In this document: in pieces, positions 19,660 through 30,768 of the stretch | Layout: the number at the start of each line of letters is the position of its first letter | Position numbering within the stretch: position 1 is the first letter of the stretch | DNA from: Vampirovibrionales bacterium | GTDB lineage: Bacteria > Cyanobacteriota > Vampirovibrionia > Vampirovibrionales > JAJTHC01 | Assembly: GCA_035285025.1 (NCBI GenBank) | Contig: JAYKHY010000039.1 | Coordinates: 21,018 to 85,017, forward strand | Direction of reading: 5' to 3' | Length of the DNA stretch: 64,000 nt | Notes under the pieces: model-generated | Told to the model about the DNA's origin: nothing | What the model saw: only the letters and a program-made list of their open reading frames with translations | Database searches by the model: none | Translations under genes and position numbers: made by a program

Positions 19660-20631
19660 ATGACACTCAAAACAGCCTTTGTTTTTCCGGGCCAGGGGGC
19701 TCAAACCGTGGGCATGGGCGTCAGCCTGCTAGAAGCGTACCCGCAATGGGTTGAACCCATCTACGCCGTCGCCGATGCCGTTATCGGTACGCTTGAAGAT
19801 GGTCGCGCGTTTCGGCAAGCGTTTTTAAACGGCCCCGCCGACGTCTTGCAACAAACGCGCTACACGCAACCCGCGTTGCTCGCCGTCTCGCTTGCCGCCT
19901 GGCAGGTGTTTAACGCCCTAACGCAAAATCAAGTTCATCCCGTTGTAACCGCAGGCCATAGTTTGGGCGAATACGCCGCCATGGTCGCAAGCCAGGCGCT
20001 TACGACCGAAGACGTAATTAACCTGGGTAAAATCCGTGCGCAGCTCATGCATTCAGCCAAGCAGGGTGCCATGGCCGCCGTGCTTGGCCTGCCGGCCTTA
20101 AAAGTAGAACATGCCTTGCTCACGCTGGATGCCGCGCTGGGCCCTGTGGTAATTGCCAACGACAACAGCGCAGAACAGCAAGTTATTTCTGGGACGCCTA
20201 CCGCCGTGGCCGCCGCCGCAGACGTGCTTAAAGCCGCTGGGGCAAAGCGCGTGCTACCACTTCCGGTGGGTGGCGCGTTTCATTCTCCGTTAATGGCCGA
20301 GGCCGCGCTGGATTACGAAACCCTGATTAAAGGCGCAACGTTTAACACGGCAACGCCCCCCGTTATTATGAACGTGGACGCCCAGCCCACGCACGAACCC
20401 GCAGAACTGTGCCGCAAGCTGGCCTTGCAAATGCCCAGCCCAGTGCGTTGGCGAGAAACCATGCAAACCATGATTGAGACCTTGGGCGTTAACTGCGTGA
20501 TTGAATTTGGGCCCGGCAATGTGCTCACCGGGCTGGTTAAGCGCGCCTACCCCGACGTCAAACTGCTAAACGTATCCGATGCGGCTTCGGCGAAGGCCGC
20601 TGCCGAGTCGTTTTCGCTGGCGAATGTCTAG
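19660..20631 (+). CDS. fabD: Malonyl-CoA:ACP transacylase
   Basis: 323 aa, FVFPGQGAQTVGMG N-terminus, active-site GHSLGEYAA, GAFHSPLM block. Confidence 0.9.
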   Translation: MTLKTAFVFPGQGAQTVGMGVSLLEAYPQWVEPIYAVADAVIGTLEDGRAFRQAFLNGPADVLQQTRYTQPALLAVSLAAWQVFNALTQNQVHPVVTAGHSLGEYAAMVASQALTTEDVINLGKIRAQLMHSAKQGAMAAVLGLPALKVEHALLTLDAALGPVVIANDNSAEQQVISGTPTAVAAAADVLKAAGAKRVLPLPVGGAFHSPLMAEAALDYETLIKGATFNTATPPVIMNVDAQPTHEPAELCRKLALQMPSPVRWRETMQTMIETLGVNCVIEFGPGNVLTGLVKRAYPDVKLLNVSDAASAKAAAESFSLANV

Positions 20632-21700
20632 GCTATATCATCAAACCCCGCTTATCGAATCTTTGGCATTAACCCGACGTTGGCAACGCCCCGTCTGGCT
20701 CAAGCTCGAGGCATTGCAGCCCTCTGGTTCGTTTAAATTACGGGGCATTGGCCTCTTTTGCCAGCAACAGGTGTTAAATCACGGTGCACGCGGATTCGTC
20801 GCGTCTTCGGGCGGTAATGCAGGGTTAGCAGTGGCCTATGCCGCTCGGCACCTTGGCGTACCCGCTACCATATTTGTCCCGGAACAAACGCGCGAGGTGT
20901 TTTTATCTCGTTTGAATCTAGAGGGTGCAACAGTGATTAAAGCTGGTCGTGTTTGGGATGAAACCCACGCCGCAGCACTAGCCTTCTGCGATCACGCCAA
21001 CGGCAACAACAATCACGGGCAAGGTGAGCAAGGTCTGATATAGTAAATCAACTTTAGGTTAGGATGCTCTAACCTAAAGAGTACAGTTAGGGCAAGCGCT
21101 TTCCTAACCTAAAGTGCATGATTTACTTTTTTAAATAATTAACTCTATGTGCATCCGTTTGATCATCCCGTATTATGGCAAGGCCATAGCACCATGATAG
21201 ATGAATGCCTGGCGCAAGGCGTAACGCCGGCAAGTGTGCTGCTCTCGGTGGGCGGCGGCGGATTACTCTGCGGCGTTGCACAAGGGCTGCAACAAAACGC
21301 GCTACCTTTAGTACCGATTCTTGCAACCGAAACCGAAGGCGCAGCCTCGATGCACGCTGCACTGCGCGCCGGCCAGCCTGTAGCACTTGAGATGGTTCAA
21401 ACCTGTGCAAGCTCGCTGGGCGCGCGACAAGTGTGCCCGCAGGTGCTTACCGTCTCAAACCAACAAACATTGGTGCCCGTGCTGGCGCAAGATGATCAAA
21501 CGCTTGCGGCTTGTCGCTGGCTACTCGATACGCATCAGTTACTGGTCGAGCCTGCATGCGGCGCAGCACTAGCCCCCCTGGTTTGCCCAACGCCAGAACA
21601 AGCCAAACACGTCGATGCACTGCCTCACGGGCCTGTAGTTGTGATTATTTGCGGCGGCGTCGGTCTGGATGCGCAAACGCTTTTAAAGATTGATGCTTAA
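20624..21700 (+). pseudogene. PLP-dependent serine/threonine dehydratase-family gene (PALP fold) disrupted in frame by an 84-bp TIR element
   Basis: The N-terminal fragment (to 21043) carries the PLP-lysine motif SGSFKLRG and GGNAGLAVAYAA. The C-terminal fragment (from 21149) resumes at the conserved HPFDHPVLWQGHSTMIDE...VGGGGL. Both fragments are in the same frame. They are separated by 105 nt (21044-21148, spanning the 84-bp element) containing 5 stop codons. Confidence 0.7.
21043..21126. mobile_element. MITE-like insertion, family 1. Terminal inverted repeats are GTAAATCAACTTTAGGTTAGG and CCTAACCTAAAGTGCATGATTTAC.
   Basis: TIRs read directly. The element is short with no coding capacity and interrupts the dehydratase ORF. 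One TIR copy (GCAAATCAACTTTAGGTTA) recurs at 52822-52840. Confidence 0.6.
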
Positions 21701-21712
21701 AAACGCCAACGC

Positions 21713-22426
21713 TTATTCCGGGTTAAACGCATCCTGTATTTGGCAACGCATGGCCAATTGCTGATTTAAACGCACAAGCATCTGCGATTCCTGAATCAGG
21801 CGCGCCTGCGCGCTTGGCATCTCGAGTAATTGCTGGCGCAAAACCAGACTGCCTCTTAAGGTATCTGCAACCAGATATGAGAGCGCAACCGGGTCATCGA
21901 CGGGTAACACCGCAGGCAAGCACGTTTTAAAGCACTCCAGTTTACGCGCAAGCCCAATGAGCGTTTGCAATTGATCTGCCACCTGGGCGCACAACATGGG
22001 CAGCGAGGTCTCAGAAACTTCAGCCGAAAAGTCTGCCTCACGAGTCGCCTGCATCAGAGGTTCATCCTTCAACAATACGTATGCAAAGGGGCCTGCGGCG
22101 GCAGGCTGCCAAGAGACGAGTTTAAAGCGCTGTACCCCCGTGATCCCAAGTGCAGGGGCAGCATAATCCGGTTGAGCATCCGACAGCCGAAACAAACACC
22201 CCACCTCGAACGGTTCACCCAGCCCAGAACGTTCGTTGTAGGTTTTGCACAATACCGCGCCCCACTGTATCGGCGCAGCTAAAGGCTGCTGCGCGTGCGG
22301 CAGCGGCGAAAAAACATTCAGCAATCCCGTCGGCAGCATCGTCTGTACGCCCGGCAATACCACCCGATCCGGCACCAGCACCAGACGAATCAAGAAAGAC
22401 TCATCTATAGCAGTGTGTAAAGACAT
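21713..22426 (-). CDS. Lon N-terminal (LON substrate-binding/PUA-like) domain protein
   Basis: 237 aa. The N-terminal motif LIRLVLVPDRVVLPGVQTML is typical of LON_N-domain proteins (LPLFPLxxVLFPG). No ATPase or protease domain is present. Confidence 0.55.
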   Translation of the reverse strand: MSLHTAIDESFLIRLVLVPDRVVLPGVQTMLPTGLLNVFSPLPHAQQPLAAPIQWGAVLCKTYNERSGLGEPFEVGCLFRLSDAQPDYAAPALGITGVQRFKLVSWQPAAAGPFAYVLLKDEPLMQATREADFSAEVSETSLPMLCAQVADQLQTLIGLARKLECFKTCLPAVLPVDDPVALSYLVADTLRGSLVLRQQLLEMPSAQARLIQESQMLVRLNQQLAMRCQIQDAFNPE

Positions 22427-22519
22427 GGCAACCTTTACAATTACTCAGCAACTTGTTACAGCAAAAATACGCGTAGTTCACCATTACATACCAAGCACTT
22501 AACCAGCCGCTTAGGCTTT

Positions 22520-22537
22520 GCATTTAAATGCTTTTTT
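22520..22537 (+). promoter_or_regulatory. Palindromic hairpin GCATTTAAATGC plus T6 in the rpsO upstream region (attenuator/terminator-like)
   Basis: Perfect 12-nt palindrome followed by TTTTTT, 160 bp upstream of the rpsO start. There is no upstream plus-strand gene to terminate. It is a possible leader regulatory structure. Confidence 0.3.
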
Positions 22538-22697
22538 GCTAATTTAGCGATTACGCTTGAACCTTATTACAGGCTTGCGTTGGCATTTTTTATGCAATGC
22601 CTACTTTTATTCTACCTGTATTTACGTTATTTTTAAGCGTTAGCGTTTAGATTTTTTCTGGTTTACCCTTTTTCATCACGCAAGAAGACCCCTTATT

Positions 22698-22970
22698 ATG
22701 CCTCTTTCCCAAGCCCAAGTTGCCGAAACCATTGCCCAATATGGTGCCAACCCTAAAGATAGTGGTAACGAAGCCGTCCAAATCGCGCTGTTAACTGCGC
22801 GCATCAAGCATTTAACGCAACACCTTATCCAGAACAAAAAAGACCATTCTACCCGCCGTGGCTTGCTTAAAATGGTTGGCGACCGCCGCCGCAGACTGCG
22901 TTACCTTAAAACCCGCATTTCGCCCCAAGCTTACGCCGACTTGCTGGCCAAGCTCGAAATCCGTAAATAA
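22698..22970 (+). CDS. rpsO: 30S ribosomal protein S15
   Basis: 90 aa. Contains the S15 signature SGNEAVQIALLTARIKHLTQHL...KKDHSTRRGLLKMVGDRRRRLRYL. Confidence 0.9.
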   Translation: MPLSQAQVAETIAQYGANPKDSGNEAVQIALLTARIKHLTQHLIQNKKDHSTRRGLLKMVGDRRRRLRYLKTRISPQAYADLLAKLEIRK

Positions 22971-23000
22971 CGCTCAAAATAGCGCTTTTAAAACTTCTAA

Positions 23001-23028
23001 AGGCACAGGATTACCCTGTGCCTTTTGT
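23001..23028 (+). terminator. Rho-independent terminator of rpsO
   Basis: AGGCACAGG-ATTAC-CCTGTGCCT followed by TTTGT. It lies 30 nt after the rpsO stop. Confidence 0.7.
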
Positions 23029-23283
23029 ATATATGCCCCCGTGTACTGATTAACGGGCAGTATCACCTGTCAGGGCGCTAATATGTGCTATAATTATAAA
23101 TGTTTATTAACGTCTGGCCCAGAATCACTCCCGTTTTCGGGCCCAGACGAGCATATAAAGAGAGCATTTAAGCTATGTAAAATTGATTAAGCTATATCAA
23201 ACGAACGTACTCGCCCGCCGCGGCGCAGATTAAGCTTTTAGCAAACAGTATAGTTGTGTAAGTTAGCGTGAGGAAGGAAGCTT

Positions 23284-23943
23284 ATGGCCGACTGGTGGAC
23301 GTCGCCAGACAAATTAGATGATTACAGAGCAGACTCCGCACAAGTTTCGGAGCTTGCAGTAGTCGATCAGCCTGTAAAATTAATGGATCATGTCGTGATC
23401 CAGGCTTACACGCAAGTTTCTGCGCACGTTTCCATTGGTCAACAAAGCCAAATTGCCTCGCATTGCGTTATTCCGCAAGGGGTCATCATTGGCAACCACG
23501 TTCGCATCCAGCCTTACGCGCTTTTAGCCACCGGTGTGATTCTCGAAGATGACGTCTATATTGGCCCTTCTGTCGTCTTTGCCCCAATCAAGCGCATGCG
23601 CGGGCAGCTTCAGAATTTATCGCGCGTCAGCCCCACGATTCTTCGAGAAGGCGCAAGCGTTGGCCCGCACTGTACCGTTGGTACCGGCGTCAGCGTGGGC
23701 AAACACGCGTTTATCGAAGCTGGTAGCATTGTGGAATCACCCATCCCCGATTTTGCGATTGCAGGCGGCAACCCGGTACAAATTTTAGCCTGGCGTTGCC
23801 AGTGCGGTGCGGTGCTCAATTTTACCAGTAGCTACAGCATTCGGTGCAGTTATTGCGGTTTGGGCTACAGCAAAATTTCAGAAACGAAAGTTTCGGCAAA
23901 TCTACCAGGCGCAAAATCTATCCGCAGTATCGAACAAGACTAA
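23284..23943 (+). CDS. Hexapeptide-repeat (left-handed beta-helix) acyl/acetyltransferase with a C-terminal Cys cluster
   Basis: 219 aa with hexapeptide repeats (IGQQSQIASHCVIPQGVIIGNHVRIQPYALLATGVILEDDVYIGPSVVF...) and a C-terminal CQCG...CSYCG Zn-ribbon-like motif. Confidence 0.55.
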   Translation: MADWWTSPDKLDDYRADSAQVSELAVVDQPVKLMDHVVIQAYTQVSAHVSIGQQSQIASHCVIPQGVIIGNHVRIQPYALLATGVILEDDVYIGPSVVFAPIKRMRGQLQNLSRVSPTILREGASVGPHCTVGTGVSVGKHAFIEAGSIVESPIPDFAIAGGNPVQILAWRCQCGAVLNFTSSYSIRCSYCGLGYSKISETKVSANLPGAKSIRSIEQD

Positions 23944-24743
23944 ACAGCGGATATCGAACGATATCTCTTTAGTTTATTTTTATAGATATAAACATTTTTA
24001 ATCCATATTCTAATTTCGGCCTCATTCAGATCATAATGAGTCTATAGATTGAACTTAAGGGTGCTTGCCCAGCACCTTAGACCACCTGAACGCCTAACTT
24101 AACCCTCACAAATTATTCGCCAGCCCTAACTGACACCGTGATACTACTGACCGTTTAGAGGCGTTTTTTGCACTTAAATCGTTTCATATATTGAGATTCT
24201 CTAGCCAGAAGCGTGTATGCCCGTGTCGTCGTTTTTGATGCTGTATTTTTCTTCAGTAATTACTGCTCAGATAGTGCTCAGATGATTCGTTACCAATTAG
24301 GTAATTTCATCTTGTCCTCTATTCGATCTCGTTGACCCAGCACAAACTAGACAAACCTTAAGCAACCCCCAATAAACAGGCTTTATAGGTAAAAATCTTA
24401 CAGATGTTTAGCGTTATTCAAGGCTGCGCATTAAAGCTATAATGCCGTAATCAATCGTTAAATCTTGACCCCGGCACATGCTTAAAATCGCTCAGTCACA
24501 GGTTAAACCGTTCGCCATAATCTTTATTAAGGCGCTTTTTAAGCCATTATCCTTAATCCCCGTATCAGACTGATATGGCTAATTTTGCAAGATCCTTCAA
24601 GCATTTTAAAAACTCTTCTAAACTCGTCCTGCCTCAGCCACATAAGCGGTTATTTTTAAGCTAGGCCTAGGCATCAGGTAGCGATACGCTACAGGTTAAT
24701 AGCATCATTCCATTTTTCAGTATATTTTACAGAGAATTTCGCC

Positions 24744-27455
24744 ATGCTCGATATGAATCGCCTTACCGCGCAAGCCCAGCAAGCGCTCAGCAACACCCAG
24801 GATGTTCTGCGGCGTTACGAACAAAACCAGCTTGAGCCCGAACATTTAATGTTAGTGCTCCTCGAGAATGAATCGGCCGAGGCAAACGCCGCGTTTCAGG
24901 CGATTCTGGCGCTTAGCGAGCAAAAGCTCGTCAAAACCCCGGTCGATACGCTTGCGCTGCGCAAACAGCTCGAAGCCGCTATCGCGCAACGCCCCAAGGC
25001 GGGAGTACAATCGCTGCAATCCGGTCAGGTGTTTATGACGCCGCGCTTTAACAAGCTGCTCGAAGCGGCAGGGGCTGAAACCAAACGCCTGGGGGACAGC
25101 TTCATCAGCACCGATCACCTGTTGCTGGCCTGCGCGCAAGAACCCAGCGAACTGGGTAAACTGTTACAAGGCTACGGCATTACCCAAGATGCCCTCTATA
25201 AAGCACTCAAGGCAGTTCGAGGCAGCCAGCGCGTCGATTCGCCAGAAGCCGAATCGCAATACCAATCGCTTAAAAAATTCGGGCGCGATTTAACCGAAAT
25301 CGCCCGAAGCGGTAAGCTAGACCCTGTAATTGGGCGACAAGAAGAAATCCGCCGCGTGATTCAGGTACTCAGCCGGCGTAGTAAAAACAACCCCGTGCTT
25401 ATTGGCGAGCCGGGCGTAGGTAAAACCGCCATCGTCGAAGGGCTTGCGCTGCGCATCGTTCGCGGCGATGTGCCAGAATCCCTTAAAAACCGCAAAGTCG
25501 TCGCGCTCGATATGGGCGCGCTGATAGCCGGGGCCAAATTCAGGGGCGAATTTGAAGAACGCCTGAAAGCCGTGCTAAAAGAAGTCCAGGCCCAGCAAGG
25601 CGATGTCATTCTGTTTATTGATGAGCTGCACACGGTTGTTGGCGCCGGTGCTGGCGATGGCGCCATGGATGCCGGCAACCTGCTCAAGCCCATGCTGGCA
25701 CGCGGTGAGCTGCACTGCGTGGGCGCAACCACGCTGGCCGAATACCGCAAGTACATCGAGAAGGATGCCGCCCTAGAGCGTCGATTTCAGCCCGTTCTCG
25801 TCGAAGAGCCTAGCGTGGAAGATACAATAAGCATGTTGCGGGGGCTCAAGGATCGCTACGAAATCCATCACGGGGTACGGATTCAGGATGCCGCCATTGT
25901 ACAGGCCGCAAAACTGTCGCATCGCTACATTCGCGACCGGTTTTTGCCCGATAAGGCCATTGACCTGATTGACGAAGCCGCAAGCAAAGTGCGCATGGAA
26001 ATTGACAGCATGCCGCGCGAGCTGGACAGCACCGCGCGCAAGCTGATGCAGCTTGAAATTGAAATCGCTGCGCTACAAAAAGAGACGGATTCGGCCTCGC
26101 AAGAGCGTCTGAATAAAATCTCGGCCGAGGCGCAGCAATTGCGCAGCAAAAAAGCATCGTTCGAGGCTCAATGGACCCAAGAAAAAGCGCATATTCAAAT
26201 CGTACGCGATCTTAAAACCCAGATTGATGCGATTAAAACGCAAATCGAGCAAGCCGAGCGCGACGCCGACCTGGGTAAAGCCGCAGAACTTAAATACGGC
26301 ACGCTACCCGAGCTCGAAAAACAGCTTAAGGGCGCGCTAACCGCTCCCGCTCAAAATAGCGCATCTGGCAAACCCTTGCTAAAAGAAGAAGTCGATGAAG
26401 ACGCCGTAGCCGAGATTATCAGCCGTTGGACCGGGATTCCCGTTACGCGCCTGGTTGAACGCGAGGCCGAAAAGCTGATGCGCCTTGAGCAAACCCTTCA
26501 CGAGCGCGTTATAGGCCAGCACGAAGCCGTCGAAGCTGTTGCCAACGCCGTTCGGCGCTCTCGCGCGGGGCTTAAAGCGCCGCAGCAACCCGTCGGAAGT
26601 TTTCTGTTTTTAGGGCCCACTGGCGTGGGTAAAACCGAACTCGCCAAAACGCTTGCCAAAACACTCTTTAACGATGAAGCCGCCATGGTTCGCATTGATA
26701 TGAGCGAATACATGGAAAAACACGCGGTCGCGCGGCTGATTGGCGCGCCTCCGGGCTATGTTGGCTACGATGAAGGCGGCCAATTGACCGAGGCCGTTCG
26801 CCGGCGCCCTTACAGCGTGATTCTGTTTGATGAAATCGAAAAAGCCCACCCAGACGTGTTTAACGCGCTGCTGCAAGTAATGGATGACGGCCGCTTGACC
26901 GACAGCAAAGGCCGCACCGTGGACTTTAAAAACACGATTATTATTTTAACCAGCAATATTGGCAGCCAGGCAATTCTGGAGGCACGCCTTAATAACACGC
27001 TCGATGGCATGGATGCCAACGGCGATATTGACGAAGGCACCAAAGACGCCGTAATGAACGAGCTGCGCAACCGATTTAGGCCGGAGTTCTTGAATCGAAT
27101 TGACGATATCATTTTCTTTAAGGCGCTAAGCCGGGCGCAGCTTCATCAGATTGTAGCTATTCAACTGGAGGCGCTTAATAAACAACTGGCCGAGCACGAC
27201 CTTAAGCTTGTGCTAGACGAAGCCGCAACGGACACCGTTACCAATCTTGGCTACGATCCGGTTTACGGTGCGCGCCCACTTAAGCGCGTGTTTCGCCGGA
27301 TCATCGAAAATCCGCTCTCACAGCACTTGATTCAGGGCGATTTTAAGCCCGGAGACGTCATTCTGGGCCAAATGAGCGATTCGCCAGCCGCAGAAACCTT
27401 GCAATTTAAAGTACAACCGCAAGCGCAATCGCAACCTACTGCGGCTGCACCATAA
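24744..27455 (+). CDS. clpB: Chaperone disaggregase ClpB
   Basis: 903 aa. Clp N-domain repeats, NBD1 Walker [16 protein letters not shown], the long ClpB-type coiled-coil middle domain, NBD2 Walker [13 protein letters not shown], and sensor-2 GARPLKR. Confidence 0.9.
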   Translation: MLDMNRLTAQAQQALSNTQDVLRRYEQNQLEPEHLMLVLLENESAEANAAFQAILALSEQKLVKTPVDTLALRKQLEAAIAQRPKAGVQSLQSGQVFMTPRFNKLLEAAGAETKRLGDSFISTDHLLLACAQEPSELGKLLQGYGITQDALYKALKAVRGSQRVDSPEAESQYQSLKKFGRDLTEIARSGKLDPVIGRQEEIRRVIQVLSRRSKNNPVLIGEPGVGKTAIVEGLALRIVRGDVPESLKNRKVVALDMGALIAGAKFRGEFEERLKAVLKEVQAQQGDVILFIDELHTVVGAGAGDGAMDAGNLLKPMLARGELHCVGATTLAEYRKYIEKDAALERRFQPVLVEEPSVEDTISMLRGLKDRYEIHHGVRIQDAAIVQAAKLSHRYIRDRFLPDKAIDLIDEAASKVRMEIDSMPRELDSTARKLMQLEIEIAALQKETDSASQERLNKISAEAQQLRSKKASFEAQWTQEKAHIQIVRDLKTQIDAIKTQIEQAERDADLGKAAELKYGTLPELEKQLKGALTAPAQNSASGKPLLKEEVDEDAVAEIISRWTGIPVTRLVEREAEKLMRLEQTLHERVIGQHEAVEAVANAVRRSRAGLKAPQQPVGSFLFLGPTGVGKTELAKTLAKTLFNDEAAMVRIDMSEYMEKHAVARLIGAPPGYVGYDEGGQLTEAVRRRPYSVILFDEIEKAHPDVFNALLQVMDDGRLTDSKGRTVDFKNTIIILTSNIGSQAILEARLNNTLDGMDANGDIDEGTKDAVMNELRNRFRPEFLNRIDDIIFFKALSRAQLHQIVAIQLEALNKQLAEHDLKLVLDEAATDTVTNLGYDPVYGARPLKRVFRRIIENPLSQHLIQGDFKPGDVILGQMSDSPAAETLQFKVQPQAQSQPTAAAP

Positions 27456-27515
27456 TCGCGCCATTAAATCAGCATAAATGCTTTCTAGCGCTATCTAAAC
27501 GACCCGATAAACAGG

Positions 27516-28703
27516 CTAAACGGGCTGGCCCGAGGGCAAGACCAGATGCGGCTGGGTCATTTCTAGCACCTGGCGTGCAATATTATGGGCCGCATCGGGC
27601 TGTCCATAACGTTTAGCAGCGTTGCGCATGGTTTGCAACTGGTGCGGATTCTCGGTCAGGCTGCGCATTTGCGTCACTAAATCATGCGTGTTGTGCAATA
27701 AACGCCCGGTACCGCACGCTTGAATATAGCTGGCCGTATGCGCTTCCTGAGGCATAGGAGGCGTCAGGCAATCCGCCAGCAACGGCAGCTCGCAAGCCAT
27801 GGCCTCAAACGTGGTCAGGCCGCCCAGTTTACTCACCATCACATCCGACGCCTGCATCCAACGGTGTAAAAGTTGCGTGTGGCCAAAAACCTGCACGGGT
27901 ATATTCGCTTGCGCGGCGCGCGCTTCGGCATAACGTCGAAGCCGATCGTTTTTACCCGCAATAAAAACAACTTCGAGCTTTTGCGTCAGCGGATCATCAG
28001 AACTGAGTCGCGAGAGCGATTCGAGCATTTTTTTAAAATTGCCGCCGCCTGCCCAGCCCGCGTTCAGCACCACGCTTAGTTTATCGTCACTCAACCCCAG
28101 ATTTCTGCGGATCGCAAGCCGTTCATCGCCATAGACCGGCGTAAATTTTGGGTTTACAGGCAAACCCGCGACTGTTATTTTTTCGGCAGGCACGTCATAC
28201 TCTAGTAACTGTTGCTGCGCGCCGTAGCTGGCTACAAAATAATGGGCAACATCGTTACACGCCCAACCGCGCCAAAACCCGTAACAAGGGTCAGTCACCA
28301 CGCTAATCAGCGGCACCCGATCGGAGAGCCGAAGGCGCTTGAGCGTAAACGCAAACAGGTGTTGCAGCATCGGGTGTACCGAAACCAGCGCATTAGGGCA
28401 TACTTTATCGAACAACTGCCGCGTGTAGCCGTACGCCTCATTCAGGATAATTCGGCTTTCGTTAGGGCGCAGCTTGTTAATCAGCCAGTAATAGGCGTGC
28501 ATGGCATCCTGCCGGTGGCGCAGCAGGTAGTTATAAAACGCGCTCATGTTGCGCGTCGCCCCCGAAGCGTTCTCGAGCACGTGCGCAATTTGCACGCGCA
28601 CCTGATCGCTAATGCCTCCAAATCCTTCGGCCAGGGCGCCCGCAGCACTTGCGTGGCCGCCGCCGGTATTGGCACTCAGAATCAAAATGTTTGAAGGGGT
28701 CAT
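27516..28703 (-). CDS. Diacylglycerol glycosyltransferase of the MGDG-synthase/UgtP family (GT28-like)
   Basis: 395 aa. The N-terminal ILILSANTGGGHASAAGAL is characteristic of the MGDG_synth domain. The C-terminal half is a GT-B domain. Confidence 0.65.
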   Translation of the reverse strand: MTPSNILILSANTGGGHASAAGALAEGFGGISDQVRVQIAHVLENASGATRNMSAFYNYLLRHRQDAMHAYYWLINKLRPNESRIILNEAYGYTRQLFDKVCPNALVSVHPMLQHLFAFTLKRLRLSDRVPLISVVTDPCYGFWRGWACNDVAHYFVASYGAQQQLLEYDVPAEKITVAGLPVNPKFTPVYGDERLAIRRNLGLSDDKLSVVLNAGWAGGGNFKKMLESLSRLSSDDPLTQKLEVVFIAGKNDRLRRYAEARAAQANIPVQVFGHTQLLHRWMQASDVMVSKLGGLTTFEAMACELPLLADCLTPPMPQEAHTASYIQACGTGRLLHNTHDLVTQMRSLTENPHQLQTMRNAAKRYGQPDAAHNIARQVLEMTQPHLVLPSGQPV

Positions 28704-29035
28704 GATACGAATAGCTTAACACTGCAAAACACGGAGTTCTAGCGTTTTTTTTGCGAGTTTCTAGATTTTTTTAGCTTCGCGATTTTAATTGATTACATTA
28801 AACGGATTCAGAAATTAAACAATCGCTGTTTAATGGTGCATTTAAGCCAGTAGCAGCCCAGAGAATCCACGGCCCAGCTTAGCTTTAGCAAATCGTATGG
28901 ATTGGTCGAAAGTTTGTTTAAATAATAGCTATCGTTAGTTTAATCTGTTCAAATCAAGTCTTACAAGGCCCAACCGTCTAGGGCTTACCCGAAAATTGGC
29001 TATTAATCAGGCTTAAACTCGGCTTTAATCCTTTT

Positions 29036-29917
29036 TCAAGACCCCGAATTGCCAGGTGGTATGGGCATTTTAAACTCAGGTAAACGCCCAACGGCATCCA
29101 GATCAAGCTCTGGGCCTTGCACTGGCGTGTAAGCTTGCGCTTGTCGAACCGTTTCGGCCGCCTGTTTATACGCTTCACGTTGGGCACTGCGTGGCATGCC
29201 GTGCATCGCCTCAAACGTTGGCACACCCGACATATCGGCCTTAGGCGATTGTAAAACCGGCTTGCGCTGGCTTAGCTCGGGCTTGGCTTTAAACCCGAAC
29301 CGATCGTATAGTTTACTGGCCCTTACGCTGTATTCCGGCGTTTCGCCAACTATATCTACTCGCTTAACGGCGCTGGGCAACACGGCTTCAAACGCGCTCA
29401 CCAGCGCTTTGCCTACGCCGTTTTGTTCAGAAAAACTCACCAGCCAATTGAGCGAGCTATGGCCAGACGTTCCAGCGTTAGAATCAACCCCCTTTAAATC
29501 TTCGGCCAGATTATCATCAAGCATCGAGTAGAGCTTTTCGCCGCTGGGCAAGGCGCGTTCGATGTGCCCCAAAGCAAGGCCCATTAACTGATGCGACTGA
29601 TCCAACGCCGCAATGACAATCGGCCCCTGCTTCAGCGAGCCATTGGCCAAGGCGTTTAACAAACTTAGCGAGCGCTCGAAGGCTTCCTCGCCCAACTCCA
29701 GATGATTCTCGTGGGATTCACCTGGTTTCACCGGAATCACGGAGGTATTTTTACGAGCCTGCGCCTTAAAACTATCCAGCCCCCGCTGTAAAAACGCGCG
29801 ATCTGAAACACTGGGCCCCAACTGCACCAGCCGAATTTTAGAGGCCTGCGGCGCAGACGCATCGAGTACGGCGGTTGCAATGGGTTTTGCCCCAAAACGG
29901 GTTCGATCAATTTGCAT
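29036..29917 (-). CDS. Hypothetical protein with GNAT-like acetyltransferase core
   Basis: 293 aa. Putative GNAT motif A EQNGVGKALVSAFE and motif B LYDRFGF. The N- and C-terminal extensions are unrecognised. Confidence 0.4.
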   Translation of the reverse strand: MQIDRTRFGAKPIATAVLDASAPQASKIRLVQLGPSVSDRAFLQRGLDSFKAQARKNTSVIPVKPGESHENHLELGEEAFERSLSLLNALANGSLKQGPIVIAALDQSHQLMGLALGHIERALPSGEKLYSMLDDNLAEDLKGVDSNAGTSGHSSLNWLVSFSEQNGVGKALVSAFEAVLPSAVKRVDIVGETPEYSVRASKLYDRFGFKAKPELSQRKPVLQSPKADMSGVPTFEAMHGMPRSAQREAYKQAAETVRQAQAYTPVQGPELDLDAVGRLPEFKMPIPPGNSGS

Positions 29918-30249
29918 ATCTGGCGCCCTTTTTAATGCTTGATATACTAGCGTTTGTCACAAGCCTTTCCCGCTCAAACTATCTCGTTCCAGTAGCGCGA
30001 GGCTTGATTTAATAACGCGAGTCAAGACAGAGATTTGCGTGTAGCCTCTGCAACAGGCAACAAACTTTACACAGATCTCGCAAGCAGGCGGCTAGCCCAA
30101 AGCAGGTAAGTTAGCTTTGTTCAGATGTGCGCCAGTACCCGACTAGACGAATTACCAATTGTAATAGCCCGGTTTAGTAGACTAATGCTGACTGCGCCGT
30201 GGTTTATAGGCTATTAGCTATTGGCTATTGGCACCCTTTTTAAAAAAAC

Positions 30250-30768
30250 TTACTCAACGGGCACATTCAGTAGCACGCGCGATTGCGCCCCGCTGGGCGT
30301 AACCCGAAGCACCCACATGGCCACGGTATCGCCCACGGTATTGCTAATGGTGGCATCCAGCTGCTTGCGGTCCATCCCCGAAACCGAACGGCCATCTACG
30401 GTCAGCATCACGTCGCCGGGCAACACGCCCGCCCGCTCGGCCGAACTGCCCGGCATCACCCGGCTAATCCAGGGCGCAGCCGGCATATGGTACACCTCGG
30501 CTGCATACGGCACCCGGATTTCAATCCCTAGCTGGCCTGCGCGCGGCGCAACGCGTTCTGTAACCTGGCCTTGTAACACCATCGCCGGGGCTGGCTGAGC
30601 AAATGCCACGGCAAACGCCAAGGTCACGCAAATCAGCCCTAAACCCAGAGAAACCACAGACAACGCGTGAACCAGCCCGCTAATATCCCCATAACCGGCA
30701 TGGCGCTTAAGTTGTTGGATTAACTTGACCGATGATTTTATAAAAACCGCTGGCCGCATACGCTGCAT
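30250..30768 (-). CDS. Membrane-anchored PDZ-domain protein
   Basis: TM segment LSVVSLGLGLICVTLAFAVAF, then PDZ core MPGSSAERAGVLPGDVMLTVDGRSV. The start is uncertain. Confidence 0.5.
   Translation of the reverse strand: MQRMRPAVFIKSSVKLIQQLKRHAGYGDISGLVHALSVVSLGLGLICVTLAFAVAFAQPAPAMVLQGQVTERVAPRAGQLGIEIRVPYAAEVYHMPAAPWISRVMPGSSAERAGVLPGDVMLTVDGRSVSGMDRKQLDATISNTVGDTVAMWVLRVTPSGAQSRVLLNVPVE

Noticed and set aside
24852-27112. Many 60-130 aa ORFs on the minus strand within clpB
   Set aside because: They are entirely contained in the confidently identified 903-aa ClpB coding region on the opposite strand. They are Arg/Ala-rich GC artefacts.
28978-29226. 82-aa ORF overlapping the 3' end of the GNAT-like gene
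   Set aside because: It lies in the same region as the larger ORF, in a different frame, with no support.
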